Positions 12,501 to 25,200 of a DNA stretch of 64,000 bases are shown here, one piece after another (the stretch's first letter is position 1; the number at the start of each line of letters is the position of its first letter). Source of the DNA: Laetmonice hystrix (taxonomy: Eukaryota). Where the stretch lies: the NCBI GenBank assembly GCA_965235115.1, contig OZ249436.1, positions 64,418,001 through 64,482,000 on the forward strand. Reading direction: 5' to 3'. A model generated the notes under the pieces. It was not told the origin of the DNA. It worked only from the letters and a program-made list of their open reading frames with translations, and made no database searches. Both the position numbers and the translations under genes were made by a program.

Positions 12501-15500
12501 AGAGAGCCCAAAGTTTTTCTTCTAATCTCGTATCCCCTTGGTGCTGATCTGACTTCGCATAAGTGTCCAGTGTATGTTCAGCGAAGACAAAGGCCAATGC
12601 AATTTAACACTCCCTGAGGGCTACGACTCTGTCAAATAGATGTGAGGCGCCCGGGCCTTTGAAGTATGCTTCCCAATGTAATGCACGTCTGTTATAAGAT
12701 TTTGCTAACGAGGTAGTGCTAGCGTAAAGGGATAAATGTAGCAATTCTATTGGGACCGGCTGAGGGCAAAGAAAGGAGTCTTGGACTCTCTTCCCAATTT
12801 GCTCTGCCTTTTTGGGTAACTACGTCGGTCCTGCAGCCATATCACCCCACCGACTCTCCACCTTCACCAACATATCTCCATGCTCCCGGGGTTTACAGAG
12901 TTTTCAGACACAAATCAACTCTTACTCCTGCTCTTACAATCTGTGTCCTTGTAGAGTTTGTTACTTTCATCACCATCACTAAATTTACTAACTTTGTATT
13001 TTTTTAGCTTTGGATAAGATGCAAGATTTCCGTCGTTGCGAGTTAACCATGGCGTAGAACTGAGGTCGTAAGGGGGCAAGAAAATTGACTGCCTCTTCTT
13101 TAGAACATCTAACTCTGCTGTGACAAACCACTGACCTTGACTTGTGTTTGGCCTTGCAGTCGTCCTCTAAACGTCGCTTGGCCTCCTCCAACTGTGTTGT
13201 CGGGTTGGGCGGGTTGAGGGGCGGCATGGAGGGGTCCTGGATGATGGGCTGGGCAGGTAGCACCAAAGGTCCTTGGTGATTCACAAAGTCGGCGGGCATC
13301 ATCGAGTGGAAGCTACGATCCAGCGAACCAGAGCGACTGGCATTGTACTGTACTGGCTTTTTGCCCAAACTGGAATCATATGAAAGGAAACGGATTATAT
13401 ATCACTGACAGAATTCACTTGGAAATATAGAGTCGCATGCACAAAGGATAAAAAAGAAATACTCAGGTGCTGTTCCGTAAGAAATACATTTCAGAAAGAC
13501 CTCAAGGGATTATCTCTTGGCTGTGAAGCGTCCGTGGTTTTGATCTCCAGAGCTCTAAGGGACAACGGCAACTTTTGTGTGCATTGCCTGTCTTCTCTGA
13601 CTTGAAAGCTTTGGAGCAAGGAGACAAGCACTGAAGGCTGTGATGTCAGACAGCCCTGCCAGGAGACGGACAAAACGTGACATCATAAGGCAGCTTCACC
13701 TCCTGTGAAGGCCACCAAGATAGCCCTCACCCCCACAAAGTGGTGGGCTTTCTGCTAGGAAATCACTTTCATCAGCATAGGATGAGGGAAAAAAAGAGGT
13801 GACTTTCCCATTTCCCTGCCAACATGAAAAGAAAACCGTGAATCATAATTAAAACGTGTACTTTAAAAATCTTGCCAACAAGCGGGCCACCAGTAAGGAA
13901 GCGCTGGTCAGGATATGCCAGACCATCATCAAAGTTCTCTTTGGGCGGCCACATGAAAGCGAAACTGGACCAGGCCTGGGTGTCGATACATGCCCCCACC
14001 TTTGAGGCGCTCTCATAAAGAACAATAAAGATTGCAATCTCTTGGGGAGAAGCTTGCTGCCACTAGAGCAGGCTTTGAAAGGGGCTTCACTGGCGTTGAC
14101 GTCGACAAGATAACCGACGGATCATCACTGATCTTTTTCCCGCCACATGAGACGGAAGCTAACGGCAACTGTAATTAAAATTAGCTCTTCCACGGCCACT
14201 ACAAAGGGCCAAGCATTTAACAAAAGGCTCCCTGAAGTGGGTGATTGTCGTCTTTGTGACAAGCACCGATACAGGGCTGGAGGGATTGGCTGCTCCTTGT
14301 TTACCACCGCTTTCCTGGCGGGAATTCACCTCGCGAGGGTCAGGCTACAATAAGCATTCGGAGCAAACCTTTTGTGTCCATCTACCCAATCAAACAGAAA
14401 GGTTGGTAGCAGTGAATTACTTTCCTTACAAATTTGGTTCGGATCCGGCACTAAGTGATATGATCACATCAAAGGCAGCCAGTTGAGCAGCCGACATCAA
14501 AGTGTCCCGTGCCCTCGGCACGTTAGGAAGCACGTAATTGTCGTAAATGTCTGCATTTACTCGAGGCAACTTATTTTGATAATGTAATTCTGGCGATTGA
14601 TCTGTCAAAGCGGCCAGGCCGGCTGTGATCGTCCCAAGGATCAGAGTGCAGTCCGCCTGCCCTGGGCACAACACGGCAGAGCAATGCATGTGACCGGCAG
14701 CCCGACCTGGGCCCAATGACAGGCGACGGCTGGCCGTTACAATGGTCAATGGACGTTGGACAGCGCCCGGCTGTGAGGTGGCCGCTGGCCTTTCTAACCC
14801 CCTCCCCTTGCCACCACCACTCTGGTGGTGGGTGGTGGCGGTGGTGGTGTTCATGACAGCCGGTCCTGCCGACTGATCACAGCCTGCCGCCATGGCCCGC
14901 CACTGATCATCAGTTCTCAACTCACGCCTCCAGGGTGCACCACTAAACACTCACATGACACCCCGTCTCGTACGGCCGTACGTACGACCACCACGTACGG
15001 CCGTACGTACGACCACCAACTCTGTCACACACCTCAAACTCTTCACATCCTAGACGCTACTACCAACGCAATCACATTCAGCCTCCAATGGGAAAACATG
15101 AAGACCATTTTGTAATGCGCCAGTTTGGAATCCTCCCTCGGTCGTAGTGTCCTGTATAAAGGTGACGAACTCGTAAACTAATTAGGACCAACCCCAATCG
15201 TCTTCAAAGCCAAGCCGTGATATCCACGGGGCCTGTTGCCTTTGACCACGTGCCGTATGAATTTCACATGATGCGTTTTAGCAGACTCCACCTATTACAT
15301 TGACTGCCTAGCTGCATGACCAGGATACAAAGCACCGAGTGAAAAACACATGAAAAGAACAGTTAAAAGGATCCCGTCAGATCATAACCCACCAGTTCCG
15401 GAGGGCACGGCACACGCTTCACACAGACCAATTTGCACATGAATGGCTCCCCTCTGCATATCAATCACAGTCACCTTTTAAAGCCAATTTGTCCTTTGTT

Positions 15501-18500
15501 TTCCTCGCATCGTCAGCGGGCGCCTTTTAATTGTCGGTTAGAATGGCCGTTGGGCAGTCAGAAAAATGCAGAGCAAGAGGGAAGGCGCGCGGCCTTCTCA
15601 AAGGATACTAGACGCAGGGCAGTGTGCAGTCGGTCTTTTGATCAGCGCTAACAACAGTGCGCCAAGTCTGGCGGCAAGTTTTCCTTAATGGCACCGCCAT
15701 CAGTTCCACAGCACACACAGCAGACTCAATTATCTCTTCACCTTTCACTTCACGTGTATGCCAAGGATGATCCTGGCCATTGCGACCCTATCTAAAACAG
15801 TCAGGCTAATCTCTCCTTCCTGTTTGTAAACGGATTTTTACACTGGTTGACGTTTTTGCAATTATTTGAATAAAGCTGAGTGGACGAATGATAGTAAAAA
15901 GGAAACTTTCAACGTACCCTTGGCCTGAGGATGAGGACTTTGAGGACCGCTTGTGAGAGGAACTCTTCTCCGAACTGTCCGTGGAATACTGTGTGGTGCT
16001 AGGGTGCATTTTATCATTCTCCATCATCCATGCTAATACCCTAAAAAAGAGACGGGGAGAAAAAGAGAATGATGAGTCCGTCATTAACCACTTAAGGTGC
16101 GAGTAGATTAATAAATCTTTAATAACACATCATCACATCATTAAGTGACACGCTCTGATACTGTATTCCCCGAGTGCTACAGTCTCAAGTCAATGAGCCA
16201 AGTTATGGGGCTGTTAGAAGTAATGAAATATTGGTCAACATATCTGTACGAGGCAGAGGCATCATGAAAAAGAAAGCGACCTCCAAGAATTATCCTTCCA
16301 AAACCTCAGTCATCTAACACAGCACACTTTTTTAAGCTGCCTCCACTAATAATTAACAACTTTCTGACACTTCCTTTCAAGTTCAAAGCACATTGAGGCG
16401 GGGACTAAGCCATCAGCACACTTCTGTAGCCGCTGCCCTTTCTTGTTAATATCTAAAGAAACTAGACTTTTGTTCAGTGATTAGCTGCCCGCTGCATGTT
16501 CCTTTGAAGCCAAAGTTGTTTAACCTTGCAGGCAGAGTGCCGAGGGCTAATGCTAGATTGACTGGGCCAGGCAGCAGGCTAACAGCTTCTTTGATCCTGC
16601 CAGCTAGAACAATTACCCCACACTAATCCTTTCAACTTCCTAATTAAGCCCATCTGGTTAACGAAGAAGTTCAGTAATGGTTGGGGCTTCAAGAAGATAA
16701 CTGCTTGTGAAGTTGTGCGGTACTTTGGGCCGATGGTGGGGGGCGGGGGGAGATAGTCGTGTTAAAACTGTAAGTCTCTGTCTCTCCGTCTCGGTGCCTG
16801 ATGTGAGCTGATAACGGTTGTGGCACCAAGAGTTACAGGTTCTCCACCATGGTTGGCATATATCAATGCCACACCCTGGCCTGGCAGACTTGTCTGGGGG
16901 GAGGGGGGAATTTAAACTATCCTCTTCAGGCTGAACACGTTAAAACCGGGGCAAACATTTCCACGTTGTCAGATCTCAGTAGATTAGCTCTATATTTACG
17001 TCTGTCGAGAGCATTTCCACAAGCACGTTCTGCAGACAAGCCGATTATTATGCAAACTTAGCCTCAGCACAGATGAAACGATTTTTTTCTGTGGGATGGA
17101 TTCCAAAACACAGTACTGCAGGCGAGAGACTGCACTTGAACATATTCTAAATCTCCACGCAGACTCCTTAATTGACCTTATATCTACGACTCGCCGAGTA
17201 CACGGCAAACATTCCTTCGACTCCAGCTTCGGTTTAGAAACGTTCAATCAATCTGCACCTTCCCAAGTGCTGTCATCACAACAGAAATGGAGGTTTCTCT
17301 ACCACAAAGCAAGTAGATTAAAGCTTGAGAGAGAGTTGAAAGAGGCAACAACAAAGACGGGGTAGATCTACACTTTCAAGACTCTGAACTACAAACCATT
17401 AATATTCAGTCTGTCTGAGGCAAGCTCTAAATGCATGCACTGAGACTACATGTTGAAAAGAAAAGCTCGGAGCCAACACGGCCATACTTCTTGGAAGTTC
17501 TACATAGATCCGTCCTTAAGTATGAACTTGAAAGGAGCAAACATCTAAAATGTCAATGTTTCTCCGAGGGGTTTCAGTCTCATCTTCAACAACAAAGGCT
17601 TTGCTGAAGTTCCTCATCATTTGCCACTTCATGAACTTTATCCACTCATCTTTAGGCAAAAGCTTTGCAAGTCTCTTTGGGCCTGCTTCTCTCAGGAAAG
17701 AAACTCCTTTAAAGACAAATTTAAAGATTATTCTCGTTAGCAGTCTTTTCTGAATGTAAGGTTTTCTAGAACCAGCCTGAGGGGATGTAAACCAAAAGAC
17801 CCTTAAAGGATTCTCAGTCAAAAACTGTTGCTTTCCTTTTGAGGCGGTTATTAAAGCAGCTTTATGAAGTCCTTGTGTCCTAAATGAAAGCGGTCGTTTC
17901 TGCCTGCTCCTCGTCGATAATCGCCGCCTGCCACGTTGATGACGAGGAATGGCAGTTTTCTGAGTGAAAGCACAAGTGTCATCCCTCCTGCATCTTTTAG
18001 CCTTTGCTTCCCTGGCCGACATAGCCCTGTTGCAAGGCCGCTCTGTATGCCTTGTAATTACACAGGCAGCAACAAGTCTCTAATGTTGAATCAAAGCCTC
18101 GGATTAAAACAATTGTTTCCTTTTATGTGTTTTGAGCGAAACATCATAATGGCCCTCCAGTGGCCACCCAAAGGGATTAATAAGAGGCAGCTTCGATCAA
18201 ATGAAAAACTTCAAAAAGATTCCAAGGGAAATCCTCTAAGACCAGTGCCTGATTACTGGCCTGTGCCATCAAAGTGAGCATTGGGCAGTCGACTTCTGAG
18301 GCAGCCTAATTCTAGGTATAACTACGTCAAGGCAGGTGCTACAACCAGGCACAGCACTTTGATGCTTTGTGTACTAATTGCGCTGATAGATAATTTGAAT
18401 TAAAAAGTCTTTGTACCATTTGATCACCAGGAGCGCTATTACCGCTAAATGGCAGCACATCAAAGAAGCGGCCGTACATCAAGCCCTGGCAGCGACAGCT

Positions 18501-21500
18501 GATATGCATACATCAGAGCCACGCAGATCAGAAGAACAATTTAAATCATATAATCCCCGTTCAAAGACGAGGCCATACTCATCATGGGCCACTTCAAATG
18601 CTGGCCCCAGAACTGCTTTCTTGTAGCTTGGTGGCAAGCCGCTCTGACCCTGCCTGCTGCTCGCTTTTTTTCCTACCCCAACAACCACTTTATGCATGGC
18701 TAATCATTTCCACTATTCACCACTTTCATCGGGGGGGGGGGGGCAGTCCTCCTCCCTCCTTCAACCCCTCTGCCAAACAACGTGTGGATCGGCCTCTAAT
18801 TAGCCAGAAATTTCACGACCAAGATGGGGCAGCAGGCTCCTACTTGGACCCACTGTTTGCTGTGATCATTCCGACGGCCGTCCCTATCTCGTTTGAAGCT
18901 TAGCTACTGAGGCATGGTTCCAGAGTCAGCCATGTATCAAGTGTCGCTTGGGCTAACCGTACTACCGCATCTCCTTGATCCCCTTCACCACTGCAGGACG
19001 AGGTTAAACTGAACGTACTACCACTGCATACGTCGGCCACAGTACTCGGACCGAGCTCAACAACAGTTACTGGCAAAGACGGTCAAAGCTCAATATATTG
19101 TACATCGTCCCATTTGTTACAGCTCTACGTATGTACTACTTGCAGCGTTCTGATTGCGGGCCATCCCTTTACAATGACACTTCTTCGCCACTCACAACAC
19201 ACACTTTAAATGCACTGTCTCCTCTAATACCGCTTGCCCCCTTGGCAATGAAGGCAGTCCTTTTTTGCCACCGTGGTTTGATGGCTGTGTAATTCTGAGC
19301 GTGCTTGTGTCTCCATTGTCAGAGCAATTAGATTGCCTCAAAGTATATAGTGTCTCGATTCAATCACTATCCTTTCATCTTCCGAGGATGGGTTCACTAT
19401 CAAAAGGACCCGACAGAAAACCTATACAGTTGTGGCATGGCTTCACACCAATTTAATCCCCCCACATAGATTTCTTTATGCCGTCCTTTTTCTCTCCTGC
19501 CATATTTCATGAATTACAGTGGTCCCCTTCTAAAACACGACTTTCTCCTGTTCTTTGATCTTGCGGATCCATCTCTTCTCTTCACACATTTTATCAGATA
19601 CTTGTCCGCTTTGACACCTCTCACATTTCAAACAATATGCTTCCTTTCATCTGGAAAAAAAGTAATTTCAATGTGCGATCATTTCCTGGATGATCTCATT
19701 TATTTCACGGCTGCCTCTTTACAAATACCGAATTTCACATCCTTTTATCTCCGGTAAAAACCAATATGGCTGTGTACTTTTTGCCTGCTGTTCCCTCCGT
19801 TTACCAATTATTGCCACCCTCGTCAACAATTCTACTGAGAATACAGTAAATTTAAATGCCTCTGTGCTCTTTCATCTTTGATAGAAAGCCAATAGAACAG
19901 CAACCCCTTTTCGAAATGCCGTCTGTGCCCACTTCAACAAATTTACATTAAACTCTCTCCCAAATATCAATTTCAAAACACTTCTCTTTCAACATTGCCC
20001 ATTAGTGCTTATTGATCTTGTCCGCTAACTCATCAATGAGTTGGTGCTGCTCGGATCTCTCCCAAGTCACACCAGCCACTAATTGGCAAATTGCAGGCGG
20101 ACCTTCAAATTATCAGCCCACCCCCTACCTTCCCTAGTCATTTCACTCTTCCCATGGTATTAATCCAATGTGTTTATTGCACTGCAATCGCCGGTATTTC
20201 TCTGGTTGAGATTTTTAAGGATTTCCAATTGTGAGTTCGCAGTGATCCAAGCGGCGAGTGAGCCTATTGTTGCAAGGCCTGCAATAGAGTGGCCGTGGTC
20301 GGTGGGTCGTCCTTGATCATTTGGTGTGGGTGCCGGCTGGATGACAAGGCGCCAGGCTCTGGTAATGGTGGGTGTACGCCCGCCTGACGACAGGCGTCGC
20401 TGACAACGACCATGGCAACAACAACAGGCGCCACATCACAGGCGCCAAGCTCGGCCCCATTTTACTGGGTGCCTTCAATCAATGACCTGGACCCATCCAG
20501 AACTGCTGGAAGCAGCCACAACTAGAACCAGTTTGGTTACTTGTCATCTTGTTGGTTCCTGTGCCACCTTTACTGAGCCTTTCCATTTAGACAGACTTAC
20601 TCATGTACTTCCATCAAAACGTTCACTTGAGGAATGATTTTCAAGATGCTGAGAGGAAACACATTTCTTCATCTTGTTACATTGATCTATTCATTCAAAG
20701 TAGCAAATGAAAAAAACACCTAAACGTTATTCTGCTCGGCTGACTAATTATTTGATTCATTCAAAAAGATGTGCAAAGGAAAGGTACTTACTTTTCATTG
20801 GTAGGGTTTCCTGTCGGTTCGTACCGCAAGCTTACTCCACTGTCAATATTACTAGTTGCGTCCATGCTCTTTTTCGCATTGGAGCGTTTGGCGTCTCGTG
20901 AACGCCCCCTCAACACAGAATCGTCCCAACCCCGTGGGGTGGTGACGTGAGGGTCCCGTAACCGCGAATCGCGGTAATATTGCATACTCTGTTGTTGTGC
21001 CTCCAACTCGAGGATTTTGCTAGATTTCGAGTCTTTACTCAGATGGTGATGGTGATGGTAATGGTGAACATGTTTATGGTGGTTCTCGTCGAAACCGTAC
21101 ACACCCGATTTGTCCTCACCCATGCCACTGTCAAAGGAGGAGGTGGACATAAAGTGGCTGCCATCTTTGTCTTTTGTCCGCTTGTGGTGCGGCTTGTTGA
21201 ACACAATCCCTGAAACATTGGGCGAAGGGCCAGCAATGGGTCTCCGCCCAGAGAAACTTCTATCACGGTCCCTGCGCTCCGGAGAGTGCCTCCCAGGTGA
21301 GCGGCTTGGGGTTTGACCAGCCGAACTGTCCCATATCCTAGAGCAGTGTTCCTCCAGGATGCTCTGAGCATTGTCCTCCCGCTCCTGCTCGGCCATAGCA
21401 GTTGCCATCAGCTCCATCATGGACACAGACTTGTTGTGTGCCGACATTGATGACTTGTTCAGGTCTTCCTCATCAGTCATCTGCTAAAAAATAACCAGTC

Positions 21501-22217
21501 AAAAATTACTTAAATGAAACAGAAAAAAATACAGTCCAAAACGAACAGATCTACAAAAACAGGTATCATTTTTTACAATTAAATGTTCAGACATGTTTCA
21601 GATTATGTAACAGAAAAATATATAAAAATATGTGAAAAGTCCTGGATGAAAAGTAGTTGTTTTTCTAAAGCAATGTTTCCACTATGTTTATAATGATGTA
21701 CACACACCTTTATGTAAATATACAAGATAACCAATCATTAGGCCACATTTCATATGTTATCCACAGATTCCATATACTGAGAGTATTCCACAAGCCTCCC
21801 CTTCAGGAGTTCTTCATCACGAGCTCTCCCAGAACCCCAAGGCTTCCAAACAACGCCGTCAATATGACAGAAAGCATGCCGCTCGTCTGGCACCCTGAGC
21901 TGATGAATGAATGACTGCAAGCATGCCGCTCGGAGCAGTGCCATGCTGTGAGCAATGATGCTCCCATTGCCACTACACCCAGGTGACGGTGCTGTCAGTG
22001 AATGTGACAACAGCAATCACACAGCCTCCCTCAGTGCCCCACACCGCCAGCAGACAACCCCACCCCTCCCACTGTCTGACATCAGGAGATATTAATCATT
22101 CTCACAGATACCCCCAGACTTGGCACCCTGCTACACAGGTACTGAGAGACCCGGTCTATCTGTCACCAGTTACAGACAGGCTGCACTAGCCTGAACACAA
22201 CAGTCGGCAGGTTACTG

Positions 22218-22260
<43 letters not shown>

Positions 22261-25200
22261 TTGCGTTAGCGACCAATTGTCAATAACAAAACACACATTA
22301 GAATAAAGCAGTGTTGCTAGCAGTGGTGATAAATCTGCGATTATTGGTCACCTTTTCCGGACAGTAAATGGTACGTCAGGTTCCGTACGCTGAATGTGAC
22401 TGTCTGATGTTCTGTCACCTTCTATAACTGATCCCCTGAATTCCCTGACACCACTTCGATCCGTTCACGACACAACAATGCCACCTGGTGGGCACTTCTA
22501 GCTTCAGATTCCTGGCGTGTTGGAGACGGTGGCGGAGTGTGCGCTGGTTAGAGAACTAGTGCCGCTTCATCCCCACTACACCACCACGCGGGCTAGGACT
22601 TACCTGGGCTCTGAACAACAATGGTACGTAGCTTCTACTCTACATTTCAGGTAAAGAAAACCCACAGGGAACAGGGTGAACGAATCATGACTAGATTACA
22701 CCTGTCTCCCGGCACTGCTGGACACAAGACAGACTAAAAATAGCATGTAAGGTTTGGCACTATGCAAACATTATGGCAGCATCCATCGCTATGGATGATT
22801 TCACGGGGCTAACTGATGAATGTGAAAGCTGTATGCTACAGGAAATCACAGTGACGGCTAGGTCATCAAGCGACAGTTTTAACTACCTTCTCAATCTGCT
22901 GTGTTCCCCCAGCTGTCAATCTGGTGGGGACTGAAGCCAGAAAGCTAGACAGGTGTCAAACCGCTCAGCCTGTTCTCTACAGGCTTCAGGTAAGGTTGGC
23001 GTCGCCTGGCTGGCCTTGTTACCGTTGTTACAGCCATCATAGACAGGGATAATTCACTCACCATTCGCTTGTTGTTCACGTTCTCCGCAATCACATCGAG
23101 CTTTCTGCTAACGTTCAGATTATTATAACAATGGTAGTTCCTGTTGTGGTGGTAGCTGCTGTCATGTGTCATTGCTAACTTCCCTCCTTTCGAGGTTGTA
23201 ACGCCCATGTTCTCGAGACCGGCTTTGAGCGCCTGTCGGATTTCATTCTCCACGTTCTCCGACATGACATTACCGACGGTGACTGGCATGACCCCGTTAC
23301 CGTTAGCCAGCATGGTCCAGGCGTGCTGGTCCTCCATGTTGATGTCTGTCTTCTGGTGGTTGGCCATGTAATACTCCGTCCCTTGTCGGTGAATCACCTT
23401 AATCAGTGAGATACTGCTGCCCAAAACAACAGAGTCTCCATCAGACATCAGCTTGAGCATCTTCATCATGAACCCACGCTGCCGCCACCAGTCACCGCCC
23501 TGCAGGCAATAACTGCATCACTACTACAACACTCACTCCAACAATGATGACACTGCGGCTGAACTGGGGTGGACTCGGTTCGCTGAGTGTGACAGCAGCC
23601 GCGGGTAAATATAGACCGCTATCGCTGGAGCCACCTGTCCTCCACCCAAACACAGCGCCGCTCCAAGTCTGTGAGCGATTGTTTATATATGACGCCGGTA
23701 GCTTGTATCACCGCCACCGTACCTATACTCCGGCTAACACGTTCGTTGTTGACGTGCTGCTTGTCGACTCCCTTCGGCCGTGCCTGCCAGCCTGCCTGTC
23801 ACAAAACGCTCATGTATGCTTTATAGTACTCCAACCTCTTCTTTCACTCTTCATGTGATCTCTCCACAAGCGACGCCGGCTCTGACAGTGATAGCCACAA
23901 ACGTGGCGGCCTCCTGTCATTGGCTGAGGTGGCGCCACAGTGCTGCCACCTTCGGGCGAAGCGTGCGTCGGTGCCTCGTTAGATTGGCTGACTGGCTGAG
24001 TCACTCTCTCACGTGGGAGCTTGGCCTCAGATCGTCCCGACAACCATTGATCTGTGAATCCAACTCTACATGTGCAGTGTGCATGACATTTGTTTGGACC
24101 TAGAATCCCGTCCCCAACGTCCACATTATATCCCTAACCCGAATCCTTTAGCAGAGCCGACATTCTTTTTGACATCACCTTAAACTTCGAGTTGCACGAG
24201 GCCAACCACGAAATCCTTCAAAGTCAGCCTGTCCGCATCCGTGGCTTGGACATCGCACTCGAGTGTGTGGAAATTCTGTTTGGGAGATCACATGAAGCCA
24301 CGTTTGGCTATTAAACGCCCCTTCTGGGAACCGGTTGAGCTTTTTAAACCGCCGTCTGTGTGGGCCTACCTGTGCTCCCAGGAATCAATATGTGTTCAAA
24401 GGAGGGCCGCCGGCTTTGATGTGTATCTGATGGCACGATGCGGGGTGCGCATAAAGCGGCCGTAATATCCTTTACCAGGGTATCGGTAATGTTGGTCAGC
24501 AGCCCCGACACCCAGGGCCTTTTGATCCACCCAGGGCAACTCTCAAAGCCACACACAGAGCGCCATCTACTGCTGGCCTGTTTCCTCTGATGTCAACTTC
24601 AAACCAAACCTAAATAGGTTCTAAATCAATCGACAGGGATCAAGTCTTTTCTCATAAAATCAATTAGCTTCGGTATCGGCGGCACTACGCATTTCACAAA
24701 GTTGACACTGTGACTTTATGACGGCATAAAACCACTCGGAATTCCGTTTATTCTGACCTATGTTAGTCCTTGATAAAAATCGGATGTAATCTAAAGATAA
24801 GCCCCAGTGTGTGAACATGGTCGGGATAATCCTTGGCCCAGGAATGATGCTGATCGCCTCGCTCGAGATCCCCTTACCCCACACCTGGGTATGACATTTA
24901 TATAACACACCCAGTGAAATTCTGTGCTTCCATGTACAAATCTGTCAGGACGCCTTGATCTCAGAGGAAGTAAGATCACAGGAGTATGAAGCCTTTCACA
25001 AACGGCTTAATTCCTGACTTTCCCCCTTAAATCCATCTTGTACCAAACAAGTGTTTGCGTTTTTATCCTTTAGCCTTCCTTCTATGCCGACAACCTCCCC
25101 ATTACCCCTCAGCAACTCCCCAAGCAAGGCTGAGGCTACAAAAGCAGGCGAACAAAGCTGACTTTCTTTGTAGTTGGTTATCCTTCCTTAGATCCCTCAA

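Noticed and set aside
17516-18022. 168-aa minus-strand intronic ORF
   Set aside because: I found no phase-compatible strong donor and no recognisable domain. A couple of ORFs of this length are expected by chance in 64 kb.
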